From: a virus
Taxonomy: Duplodnaviria > Caudoviricetes
Strand: one strand, 5' to 3'
IMG/VR virus record: IMGVR_UViG_3300018050_000777
Coordinates: 1-32,947 of that record
Length of the DNA: 32,947 bases
Shown: positions 26,313 to 32,947 of the stretch, in pieces
Numbering within the stretch: position 1 is the first letter of the stretch
How the letters are laid out: each line of letters starts with the position of its first letter
The notes under the pieces: model-generated
The model's database searches: none
Told to the model about the DNA's origin: nothing
Seen by the model: the letters and a program-made list of their open reading frames with translations, nothing else
Translations under genes and position numbers: made by a program

Positions 26313-26380
26313 GAGGTTCCCCGACGTGTATGGTAGCACCACGGGACGCAAGTCGGTTAAGCATTGGCCGAGCCTCACCA
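26313..26380 (+). ncRNA. tRNA-like RNA with 7-bp acceptor stem and ACCA end
   Basis: GAGGTTC/GAGCCTC then ACCA; inner stems CCGAC/GTCGG and TGGT/ACCA; no canonical anticodon or TPsiC loop. Confidence 0.45.
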
Positions 26381-26402
26381 AATTTCCACCCAAACACACA
26401 AC

Positions 26403-26501
26403 ATGAACAAACAACAAATCAGCATCCTCTGGGTCGTCGCCCTCATCATCGACACGGCTACTCTCGTAGCCCTCTGCGTCGGTATCGGCCTCATCTGGTA
26501 A
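26403..26501 (+). CDS. Small membrane protein, 32 aa (MNKQQISILWVVALIIDTATLVALCVGIGLIW)
   Basis: AC-rich leader and a single hydrophobic segment; below track cutoff. Confidence 0.6.
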   Translation: MNKQQISILWVVALIIDTATLVALCVGIGLIW

Positions 26502-26549
26502 TGCTAAGCCCCTTCGGGGGCCCACTTTATAATCCACCACACACATAAC

Positions 26550-26849
26550 ATGAAATACAGCATCAAATACACACCCATCAACACGACCAAGGGAACTGAC
26601 ATCTCCTTCGAGCAGGTTGAGAACCTCTACATAGGCAATGGCAACCAATGCCGTTGCGGTTGCGGGGGCGAATACTACGAGGCGAACGACGAGTTCAACG
26701 CCAGCATCATCAAGGATGCCCTCAAGAAGATGGCCAGCGGTAAATACGCAGTCGAGTCTATCGACGACTACATCTTCGAAATCGTCATCCGCAAGGAACG
26801 CACCTACAGGGGCAAGAACAAGGTCATGACCCTCTATCTCAAGAAGTAA
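26550..26849 (+). CDS. Hypothetical protein with CRCGCGG motif, 99 aa
   Basis: AC-rich leader; phage-like codon usage. Confidence 0.7.
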   Translation: MKYSIKYTPINTTKGTDISFEQVENLYIGNGNQCRCGCGGEYYEANDEFNASIIKDALKKMASGKYAVESIDDYIFEIVIRKERTYRGKNKVMTLYLKK

Positions 26850-26854
26850 TCCAC

Positions 26855-27055
26855 ATGCGTAAATACAAGTACATCAAGGCATCGGCCATCAAGGCCTTGG
26901 CCAAACAAACCAACGGACGCCGTGTCTCTGAGCAGTTCCTGCTCATCCTCGACGCCTTCGTGGGCAACAAGGTCGCCCTCTGCTCCCAAGCCCACAATGG
27001 TGGTCGCAAGACCATGAAGGGTGACATGGCAGTCATCATGGGCCTCAGCCGCTAA
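26855..27055 (+). CDS. Histone-fold protein (prokaryotic type), 66 aa
   Basis: 'IKASAIKALAK..GRRVSEQ...GRKTMK' matches the HMf-type 'RVS' L1 and 'GRKT' L2 motifs. Confidence 0.7.
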   Translation: MRKYKYIKASAIKALAKQTNGRRVSEQFLLILDAFVGNKVALCSQAHNGGRKTMKGDMAVIMGLSR

Positions 27056-27068
27056 TCTCCGCACACAC

Positions 27069-27323
27069 ATGAACATCAAGAAAACCAAGGCCTTACGGCC
27101 TATCCCTAAGCGTTCGAAACAATCCGAATGCGTCCTCACCATCGCCGCAACTGGGGCTTCATCGCCCGAGTTCATGAACCGAATCACGTTCCTCAAGGGA
27201 CGTCTGGAGCGGGTCAAGCAGGCCTACGCACAGCGTGGCTTGTACTGGGTCAAGACGGCTTGGGCCACGGACCTCGTCGAACGTGAACTGAGCAAGGTCG
27301 AGAAAGAACTCGGCCTCAAATAA
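27069..27323 (+). CDS. Hypothetical basic protein, 84 aa
   Basis: ATG after ACACAC leader. Confidence 0.6.
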   Translation: MNIKKTKALRPIPKRSKQSECVLTIAATGASSPEFMNRITFLKGRLERVKQAYAQRGLYWVKTAWATDLVERELSKVEKELGLK

Positions 27324-27366
27324 GTTGACGACTGCCCCGAAAGGGGCACAACCTTTCACCGCACAC

Positions 27367-28221
27367 ATGATTAAAACACACTACGACCCTGCTACGCTCT
27401 CTGAATTCAAGTTCGAGTTCGTGGCCTCAGAAATCATTCACGGCCTCGAAGAGGCCAAGTACCGCAAGGCGGACGGACTCAACCAGTCCACGCTCAAGAA
27501 GGTGCTGGCTGTTTCGCCGTTCCACGCCGACTACATGCTGAAGAACCCAGAGCAGACTCCTGCCATGGCTCTCGGCTCTGCCCTGCACACGTTCGTGCTG
27601 GAGCCCTCCAAGTTCGACAGCGAGTACGCAGTCGCACCAGAGTGCGACAGGCGGACCACCGAGGGTAAGCACATCTGGAACCTGTTCACCAGTGAGATTG
27701 GTGAGCGTAAGCCCATCAAGGCGGCTGACTACGAGGACATGCTCGGCATGAAGGCCAGCGTGGGCAACCTGTTCGACAGTCCGCACGGCAAGAAGTACGT
27801 CGAGTCCGCATTCTTCTCCGAGATTCTCGTCACTGAAGGCGAGTTCAAGGGCAAGCGTGTACGCCTTAAGGGCAAACTCGATTGCTTCCACGAGCGTGAG
27901 GACTCCGTGACCATCAAGGACCTCAAGACTGTGGCTGACATCAGCAACATCAACAGTGCCTCGTACCACTCCAACTGGGCCATCCAGTCTGGCATGTACA
28001 AGGACGCCCTTGAGTTCGCCCTCAAGAAGCCTGCCGCATTCGTCTACGTGTGCGTCAGCAAGGAGAAGCCGTTCGACTGCAGGGTGGCCAAGTGCACCGC
28101 TGAGATGCTCGCCAAGGGCACCCTTGAGTACACCAAGGCCATCCACATGTGGCTGAACTGGGAAGCCATGGGCAAGCCCAACACCGCCAAGTTCCTCGGC
28201 ATCCAAGAACTCAATGGCTAA
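27367..28221 (+). CDS. RecE/ExoVIII-like PD-(D/E)xK exonuclease (DUF3799-like), 284 aa
   Basis: 'GLNQSTLK...SP.H', 'TPAMALGSALHTFVLEP', 'DRRTTEGK', 'LKGKLD', 'IKDLKT' and 'Q..MY' motifs. Confidence 0.85.
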   Translation: MIKTHYDPATLSEFKFEFVASEIIHGLEEAKYRKADGLNQSTLKKVLAVSPFHADYMLKNPEQTPAMALGSALHTFVLEPSKFDSEYAVAPECDRRTTEGKHIWNLFTSEIGERKPIKAADYEDMLGMKASVGNLFDSPHGKKYVESAFFSEILVTEGEFKGKRVRLKGKLDCFHEREDSVTIKDLKTVADISNINSASYHSNWAIQSGMYKDALEFALKKPAAFVYVCVSKEKPFDCRVAKCTAEMLAKGTLEYTKAIHMWLNWEAMGKPNTAKFLGIQELNG

Positions 28222-28873
28222 GGACTTCGAATTCAAGGGCGTGTGGATACCCTCACGGGTATTCACGGACGCTCGGCTGACCCAGTCGGACAAGTTCCTG
28301 TTCGGGGTCATCCACATCCTGTGCAACGAGCGTGGCTGTTTCGCTACTCGTGAGTCTCTCTCCGAGTACATGAGCCAGTCCGTACGCAACACCCAGTACA
28401 GCATCGGCAGGCTGATGGACTGTGGCTACGTACGCAGGGATGAGGATGGTACCCTCTGGGACATCATCAGCCACACGTTGGACAGGGGTGAAAAACCTTT
28501 CACGGGAGGGGTGAAGAATTCTTCATCTCAGGGGCGAAGAAATTTTCACCCAGATAGTAATAAGGATAGAAACAAGGAGATAGAAAAGGCACCAGAGGTG
28601 CTGGTGGGTGATTCCTTCATCCGTTCTAATCCCGAACTGTCCGCTGTCTGGGACAAGTGGCTTGAGCACCGCAGGGCCAAGCGTTGGTCCACGACCAACA
28701 CGTACATCGCTGGTTGGGACGAGGCGTTCAGCCAGTGGGGGGCCGCACAGGCCGTCCAGTCCATCAACCAGAGCCTCCTGCAGGGCTGGCAGGGCCTGTT
28801 CGAGCCCAAGGGTAGGGTTACCCCTAGGGCACAGGCTCCCAAGACCGACACCGACCACTCCAAGGGTTTCTAA
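28214..28873 (+). CDS. Replication initiator (lambda O-like, N-terminal wHTH), 219 aa
   Basis: 'FKGVWIP...LT..DK', HTH, internal iterons and C-terminal 'W..W..HR...SL.QGWQGLF'; upstream of the DnaC-like gene. Confidence 0.8.
   Translation: MAKDFEFKGVWIPSRVFTDARLTQSDKFLFGVIHILCNERGCFATRESLSEYMSQSVRNTQYSIGRLMDCGYVRRDEDGTLWDIISHTLDRGEKPFTGGVKNSSSQGRRNFHPDSNKDRNKEIEKAPEVLVGDSFIRSNPELSAVWDKWLEHRRAKRWSTTNTYIAGWDEAFSQWGAAQAVQSINQSLLQGWQGLFEPKGRVTPRAQAPKTDTDHSKGF
28484..28549 (+). repeat. Three iterons (putative replication origin)
   Basis: aggggtgaaaaacctttcac / aggggtgaagaattcttcat / aggggcgaagaaattttcac at 23-bp spacing, followed by an A-rich tract. Confidence 0.8.
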
Positions 28874-28878
28874 TCACC

Positions 28879-29097
28879 ATGAGCCAAGAACAATGGAACA
28901 GCCTTGAGGGCAAGACCCCCGAGCAACTGAAGGACATCATCCGCACCCTCAGGACGGAGAATACCCGTCTTAGGTCCGAGCGTGACGAGCAGACCACCGA
29001 GATGGAGAAGCACGTCCAACGCTTCCACGAACTGCGGGAGAGTTTCTCTCGGCTTAGAGCCGAGGTGGACCTCCTCGTCAAGAGGGCCAAGTCATGA
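28879..29097 (+). CDS. Coiled-coil hypothetical protein, 72 aa
   Basis: Heptad pattern; ATGA overlap with the next gene. Confidence 0.65.
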   Translation: MSQEQWNSLEGKTPEQLKDIIRTLRTENTRLRSERDEQTTEMEKHVQRFHELRESFSRLRAEVDLLVKRAKS

Positions 29098-29768
29098 GCG
29101 AAGCACCCCTGTGCCGTAACTTCAACTGCAACAACCCCGCACACGTGCGGGAGTACGCAGAGAACATCCCCATCTACGAGACGCTGTGCAAGCCATGCAT
29201 GGTGGCTTGGGATAAGATGGTGCTGTCTCACGGCATGCCCAAGAAGCCCAAGCCCGAGACTCCCATGCCCGAACTGTTCGCCGATACGGACCCTGCTAGG
29301 CTGGGCGAACTGGGCATGGTGGCCGAGCACTACCTGCCTAACGGCAAGGGCCTGCTGATTCACGGCACCACACGTAAGGGAAAAACCCGTACGGCTTGGT
29401 ACATCGCCAACAGGCTGTGGAACGAGGACAACTACAAGAACAAGTATCTGTTCCTTACCATGTTTGAACTGGAGGCACGTATCGCATCGTCGTGGGGCAA
29501 TAGCACGTGGGATAAGACCATGCTCCAGATGACCAACGTACCGCTCCTGTTCCTCGACGACTTGGGCAAGGAGAAGATGACTGACCGCATGGCCTCGTGC
29601 TTGTTCGCTCTCGTGGACCAGCGTACCATGCACAAGCGTAGTACGATTATCACTACAAACCTCACGGGTGAGACTCTGTTAGAACGTTTCCACGACAAGG
29701 AAACTGGTGCGGCCTTCGTCGCACGTCTCAAGGACTCCGACCTGTTCGAGCGTGTAGCCGCCAAGTGA
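29094..29768 (+). CDS. DnaC/IstB-like AAA+ ATPase (helicase loader), 224 aa
   Basis: Cys pairs at the N-terminus, Walker A GTTRKGKT, Walker B LLFLDDLGKE, 'TIITTN' and '..RL'. Confidence 0.88.
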   Translation: MSEAPLCRNFNCNNPAHVREYAENIPIYETLCKPCMVAWDKMVLSHGMPKKPKPETPMPELFADTDPARLGELGMVAEHYLPNGKGLLIHGTTRKGKTRTAWYIANRLWNEDNYKNKYLFLTMFELEARIASSWGNSTWDKTMLQMTNVPLLFLDDLGKEKMTDRMASCLFALVDQRTMHKRSTIITTNLTGETLLERFHDKETGAAFVARLKDSDLFERVAAK

Positions 29769-29932
29769 AGAAGCGTAGGCCAGAGATACTCAAGCCGAGC
29801 CTCAAACTGCTCACGCCCCACGAACAAAAAATCGTGGCTAACGTGGGCGAGCAGGTGCTCCTGATGTGGAAGTCGTTGTACGCCAAGAACAAGTGGAAGC
29901 CACAAGAACCTGTAAAAAACTACAAAAGATAG
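29765..29932 (+). CDS. Small basic hypothetical protein, 55 aa
   Basis: GTGA overlap with the loader stop; MKKRRPEILKPSLKLLTPHEQ... Confidence 0.5.
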   Translation: MKKRRPEILKPSLKLLTPHEQKIVANVGEQVLLMWKSLYAKNKWKPQEPVKNYKR

Positions 29933-30018
29933 TTGCAACGACCTACGAAACCTATTCTTCTATTCATCTCGCCCCCACTAACATGGGGGGTAACCGACAA
30001 CCAACAAACAACACACGC

Positions 30019-30258
30019 ATGAGCGAAATCAACATCAACGCCGTCAATGCTCGCATCGAGGACCTCGAAAAGGAAATCGCTGTTATCAAGGCCGAGAAGC
30101 AGAACCTCACCGACCCCGTCATCAAGGGCCTCGGTATCAAGTTCAGCGACCTCGACCTGAGCAAGGCCTCTGCTGTCATTCACCTCCACAACGCTGTCCT
30201 TCAGCGTCTGGAAGAACTGACGGCCAAGGTCGAGGCTCTCGAAGCCAAGGCAAAGTAA
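30019..30258 (+). CDS. Coiled-coil hypothetical protein, 79 aa
   Basis: Start MSEININ after an AC-rich leader. Confidence 0.7.
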   Translation: MSEININAVNARIEDLEKEIAVIKAEKQNLTDPVIKGLGIKFSDLDLSKASAVIHLHNAVLQRLEELTAKVEALEAKAK

Positions 30259-30304
30259 TCCATCGGGGGAGCAAGGCCCCCACCAATTTCTCACACACAC
30301 ATAC

Positions 30305-30502
30305 ATGAGTACTAACAAAGAAAAACGGGCCAACCTTACCAAGGCCCTCAACGAACTCCGCAAGGAACTTCGTGACTACGTCAAAGCCAAACGCTGTGAA
30401 CTGCGTAAGCGTCCAGTCTACCTCGCCAAAGATTCTGACATCTGCGTCGATAGGCTCAACGAATCCTTCCGCTGGTTCATCAACAAGACCTACAGAGACT
30501 AA
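30305..30502 (+). CDS. Hypothetical protein, 65 aa
   Basis: ACACACACATAC leader. Confidence 0.65.
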   Translation: MSTNKEKRANLTKALNELRKELRDYVKAKRCELRKRPVYLAKDSDICVDRLNESFRWFINKTYRD

Positions 30503-30503
30503 T

Positions 30504-30812
30504 ATGGACTCTCCCAAGAACATCACCAAGCCAGCCGAAGCCGACAAGCCATACAACGGCTGGTCCAACTACGAAACCTTCTGGACCGCACACGTCATCG
30601 CCAACGATGACAACCTTTACAGGCTCTGCGGAGAACTGTACAAGGAAGGCTACACCTCGTGGGGCTCGCTCTCGAACGCCATGAAAATCTACGGCCACAA
30701 GTGGCAGTCCCACTACACGGGTGCGAACTACATCTCGTGGAAGAACCCTAAGGTTCGTGGGCCTGAACTGACCAAGCACCTCAAGGAACTCTTTTCCCAA
30801 CCCGCAAAATGA
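30504..30812 (+). CDS. Conserved phage hypothetical protein (YNGWxNYET family), 102 aa
   Basis: 'YNGWSNYETFW.....ND..LY' motif. Confidence 0.7.
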   Translation: MDSPKNITKPAEADKPYNGWSNYETFWTAHVIANDDNLYRLCGELYKEGYTSWGSLSNAMKIYGHKWQSHYTGANYISWKNPKVRGPELTKHLKELFSQPAK

Positions 30813-31027
30813 AAACACCAAACGAACGTAAGTCCGAAGAGGAACGCACCCTCATGAGGACTAGGCCCAGACTTCTCTGGGTGAAGGTCCCGCCCGAAGT
30901 CTCCAAGCGTCTCTCTGAGACCGCCGAGAAAATCGGAGTGTCTAGGGCCGACTACATGAGGCTCATCCTCATCAACCACGTCAACAACGACAGCCAGTCT
31001 TTCACCATCACCACCAGCACCAAATAA
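30809..31027 (+). CDS. Ribbon-helix-helix DNA-binding protein, 72 aa
   Basis: 'LLWVKVPPEVSKRLSETAEKIGVSRADYMRLIL'. Confidence 0.75.
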   Translation: MKTPNERKSEEERTLMRTRPRLLWVKVPPEVSKRLSETAEKIGVSRADYMRLILINHVNNDSQSFTITTSTK

Positions 31028-31761
31028 TGAGCACCAACATCACGCCAGAATTCGCCAAGGCCTACGCCGAAGCAATCAGCCGCACTCGTGACGTCGTAGC
31101 AGACGCCACCAACCCGTTCCACAAGAACGTCTACGCCACCCTCGGGGCCCACATTGCGGCCACCAAGGCAATCTTCGCCCAGTACGGACTCGCCATCGTG
31201 CAGTTCCCTGTGTCGAACAACGTCAATCGTGGCGAGGTCGGCGTCGAGACCATGGTCATCCACAAGGATGGCGGATACGTCTCCCGCACCATCCTCATGC
31301 CCGTCGCTGACGGCGTGAAGGGTCAGGACATCGGCTCGCTGGTCTCGTACCTGAGGCGGTACGCCATCGCCGCCGTGGCAAATCTGGCTACGGCTGATGA
31401 TGACGCAGAGGCCGACAGGGAGACCCGCACCATCCCTGCCCCTAAACTCATCCAACTGCCCAAGGCCGAGGCTCCCAAGCCCGTCTCCAAGCCCAAGGCA
31501 GAGCCTGTTGTCAACGACGACCCGAGCCTCGTAGACGCCCTGTCTACTGTCCTGCACTTCGGCAAGAACAAGGGCCAGACCCTCGCTCAACTGCCTAAGA
31601 ACTCGCTCGACTGGTACATCAAGGAATGGCAACCGAAGTCCTACAACGGCAAGCCCATCCCTGATGTGGACCTGAGCCTCCGTGCGGCCCTCGACGCCAT
31701 CCGTGATGCCCGCTCTGGCGGTAGCCAGCCCGACGTCACCAGCGACGACGTTCCGTTCTAA
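31027..31761 (+). CDS. erf: ERF-family single-strand annealing protein, 244 aa
   Basis: 'NPFHKNVYATL' and 'QDIGSLVSYLRRYAIAA...DDDA' ERF signature; C-terminal FGKNKG domain and DDVPF tail. Confidence 0.88.
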   Translation: MSTNITPEFAKAYAEAISRTRDVVADATNPFHKNVYATLGAHIAATKAIFAQYGLAIVQFPVSNNVNRGEVGVETMVIHKDGGYVSRTILMPVADGVKGQDIGSLVSYLRRYAIAAVANLATADDDAEADRETRTIPAPKLIQLPKAEAPKPVSKPKAEPVVNDDPSLVDALSTVLHFGKNKGQTLAQLPKNSLDWYIKEWQPKSYNGKPIPDVDLSLRAALDAIRDARSGGSQPDVTSDDVPF

Positions 31762-31769
31762 CCAACTTT

Positions 31770-31841
31770 GGCCTTATCGTTCAACGGATAGGACAGGCGT
31801 TTCCTAAACGCTTAATCTAGGTTCGATTCCTAGTAGGGCCA
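31770..31841 (+). tRNA. tRNA-Arg (CCT), CCA not encoded
   Basis: GGCCTTA/TAGGGCC acceptor, GTTC/GGAC D stem, GGCGT-TTCCTAA-ACGCT anticodon arm and CTAGG-TTCGATT-CCTAG T arm. Confidence 0.93.
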
Positions 31842-31870
31842 AAACCTTTCCACCCAGCACACACACATAC

Positions 31871-32326
31871 GTGAGCACACAAGAAAACCAGACCCAGCCC
31901 TCCGCTGAGGTCGTCACCAAACCAGTACAGACGTACTGGGCCAAGCAGAAGGGCTTCAAACACCCCGAACGCAAGGTCAAGCGTCCGAGGTACGACAAGG
32001 AACTGAAGAAACTCGTCGGGCAGGTCAATGTGACCTGTGCGGTTTCCAAGGACCTCGTCCGCCTCGTCGAAGAGCAGTGCCTGCAAGACGGCATCACCCG
32101 CTCGGACCTCCTGCGAGCCGCCCTCATCCGTGAGGTTGCCTTCAGGAAGTTCTGTCGGGAGAATGGTGCCTCGCCGCTCGCCGTCTCTCACCTGACCCCT
32201 ACGGGCCAGAAGCCAGAGAAGGCGGTCAAGGCGAAGCCAGCCAAGGCTCCGAAGCAGACGTTGGTGACTGTGCCCAAGGAGACGCTCGACCAAATCTCGG
32301 CCGTCTTCAAGGCACTCAACGGCTAA
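31871..32326 (+). CDS. RHH-containing DNA-binding protein, 151 aa
   Basis: 'VNVTCAVSKDLVRLVEEQCLQDGITRSDLLRAAL'; Lys/Ala/Pro-rich tail. Confidence 0.65.
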   Translation: MSTQENQTQPSAEVVTKPVQTYWAKQKGFKHPERKVKRPRYDKELKKLVGQVNVTCAVSKDLVRLVEEQCLQDGITRSDLLRAALIREVAFRKFCRENGASPLAVSHLTPTGQKPEKAVKAKPAKAPKQTLVTVPKETLDQISAVFKALNG

Positions 32327-32354
32327 CGTTAATAACGTCAGTCGCTATTAACAC

Positions 32355-32378
32355 GGGGACCTTCGGGTCCCCTTTTTT
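32355..32378 (+). terminator. Intrinsic terminator ending the early operon
   Basis: GGGGACC-TTCG-GGTCCCC followed by TTTTTT. Confidence 0.9.
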
Positions 32379-32467
32379 GTGCCGTGTAAGGCGGGCCGAT
32401 AGACGGCCCTTTAAGGCTTAGCCACCCTACGACACATACATGAAGGCCACGACAGCCCACACGTCGA

Positions 32468-32947
32468 TTACTGTGAGGGCTCGTCCTTGGGACGCAAGCG
32501 GCATTTGACCTCTCGGTGAGTATGCAGTCCAGCGTACATGCCATAGGCCATGCCAATCAGGACGCAGGCACCGAAAGCCCACTTGAACCACCAAGCCTCA
32601 ACCATGTCCCTGATGACGAACGGCGTGGCCGCACAGACAGCGGACAACATAAACATAACGATGCCAGCCTTCAGGCCCTTGCCGATGAAGGTATTGGCCA
32701 CGATGAAGGCGGCACTGGCAAAGCCGAAGACGACAGCCATCCATAGGAACTTCTCTGACACCTTGGCCCACTCCTTCTCCTTGTTCATGGCCGTGATGTT
32801 GTTCCTCAGGGTCTCGTTCTCCTTGTCTTTGTCGGCGATAATCTTGGCCATCTTGGTGGTCTCTTCGTCCACCTTCTTTGCCTTGGCTTGCTCTGCTTCC
32901 AACGCCTTTGAGTTGTTAATGGTCTTGTCGAACTTGTCTACCTGTTC
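32468..32947 (-). CDS. Coiled-coil plus three-TM membrane protein, 5'-truncated (possibly lysis-related)
   Basis: Frame is open to the right edge (EQVDKFDKTINNSKALEAEQ...); three hydrophobic helices. Confidence 0.6.
   Translation of the reverse strand, partial: EQVDKFDKTINNSKALEAEQAKAKKVDEETTKMAKIIADKDKENETLRNNITAMNKEKEWAKVSEKFLWMAVVFGFASAAFIVANTFIGKGLKAGIVMFMLSAVCAATPFVIRDMVEAWWFKWAFGACVLIGMAYGMYAGLHTHREVKCRLRPKDEPSQ

Noticed and set aside
26033-26400. Possible CRISPR mini-array
   Set aside because: Units share structure and short A/T spacers but no identical direct repeats.
27427-28404. 325-aa minus-strand ORF (likewise 28824..29633 and 30952..31632)
   Set aside because: Antisense to clearly recognisable exonuclease, loader and ERF genes.
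32440-32508. 22-codon plus-strand ORF after an ACACATAC leader
   Set aside because: Lies beyond the strong terminator and overlaps the convergent membrane-protein gene.
1-32947. Stop-codon reassignment
   Set aside because: Genes tile the window with intact frames under the standard bacterial code, and no suppressor tRNA is seen.

Overview
The window is a slice of a dsDNA tailed phage genome with a podovirus-like layout; no host genes are visible. Positions 1-23.5 kb are a tightly coupled minus-strand late module. Read right to left it runs RusA resolvase, basic proteins, TerL, a small HTH gene, portal, scaffold, a DUF5309/SU10-like major capsid protein, adaptor, tail/receptor proteins, a nozzle-like protein and several internal/ejection proteins. 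A control region at about 23.5-26.4 kb holds a TerS-like gene, a 28-bp XerCD dif-like site, a nuclease and muramidase pair, and a promoter followed by a hairpin and an rrn-type boxA. Downstream of these is a cluster of small RNAs: a tmRNA-TLD-like Ala-identity element, tRNA-His and two further structured units, one ending in CCA. The plus-strand early module (26.4-32.3 kb) encodes a histone-fold protein, a RecE-like exonuclease, a lambda-O-like initiator with iterons, a DnaC-like loader, an ERF annealase, RHH regulators and tRNA-Arg(CCU). By eye, GATC, GCGC, CGCG, AGCT, GCWGC and CCNGG are almost absent. The most notable candidates are the dif-like site next to terS, the tRNA-like RNA array, the phage histone and the link between site avoidance, AGG codons and tRNA-Arg. 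All calls come from motif reading; no searches were run.
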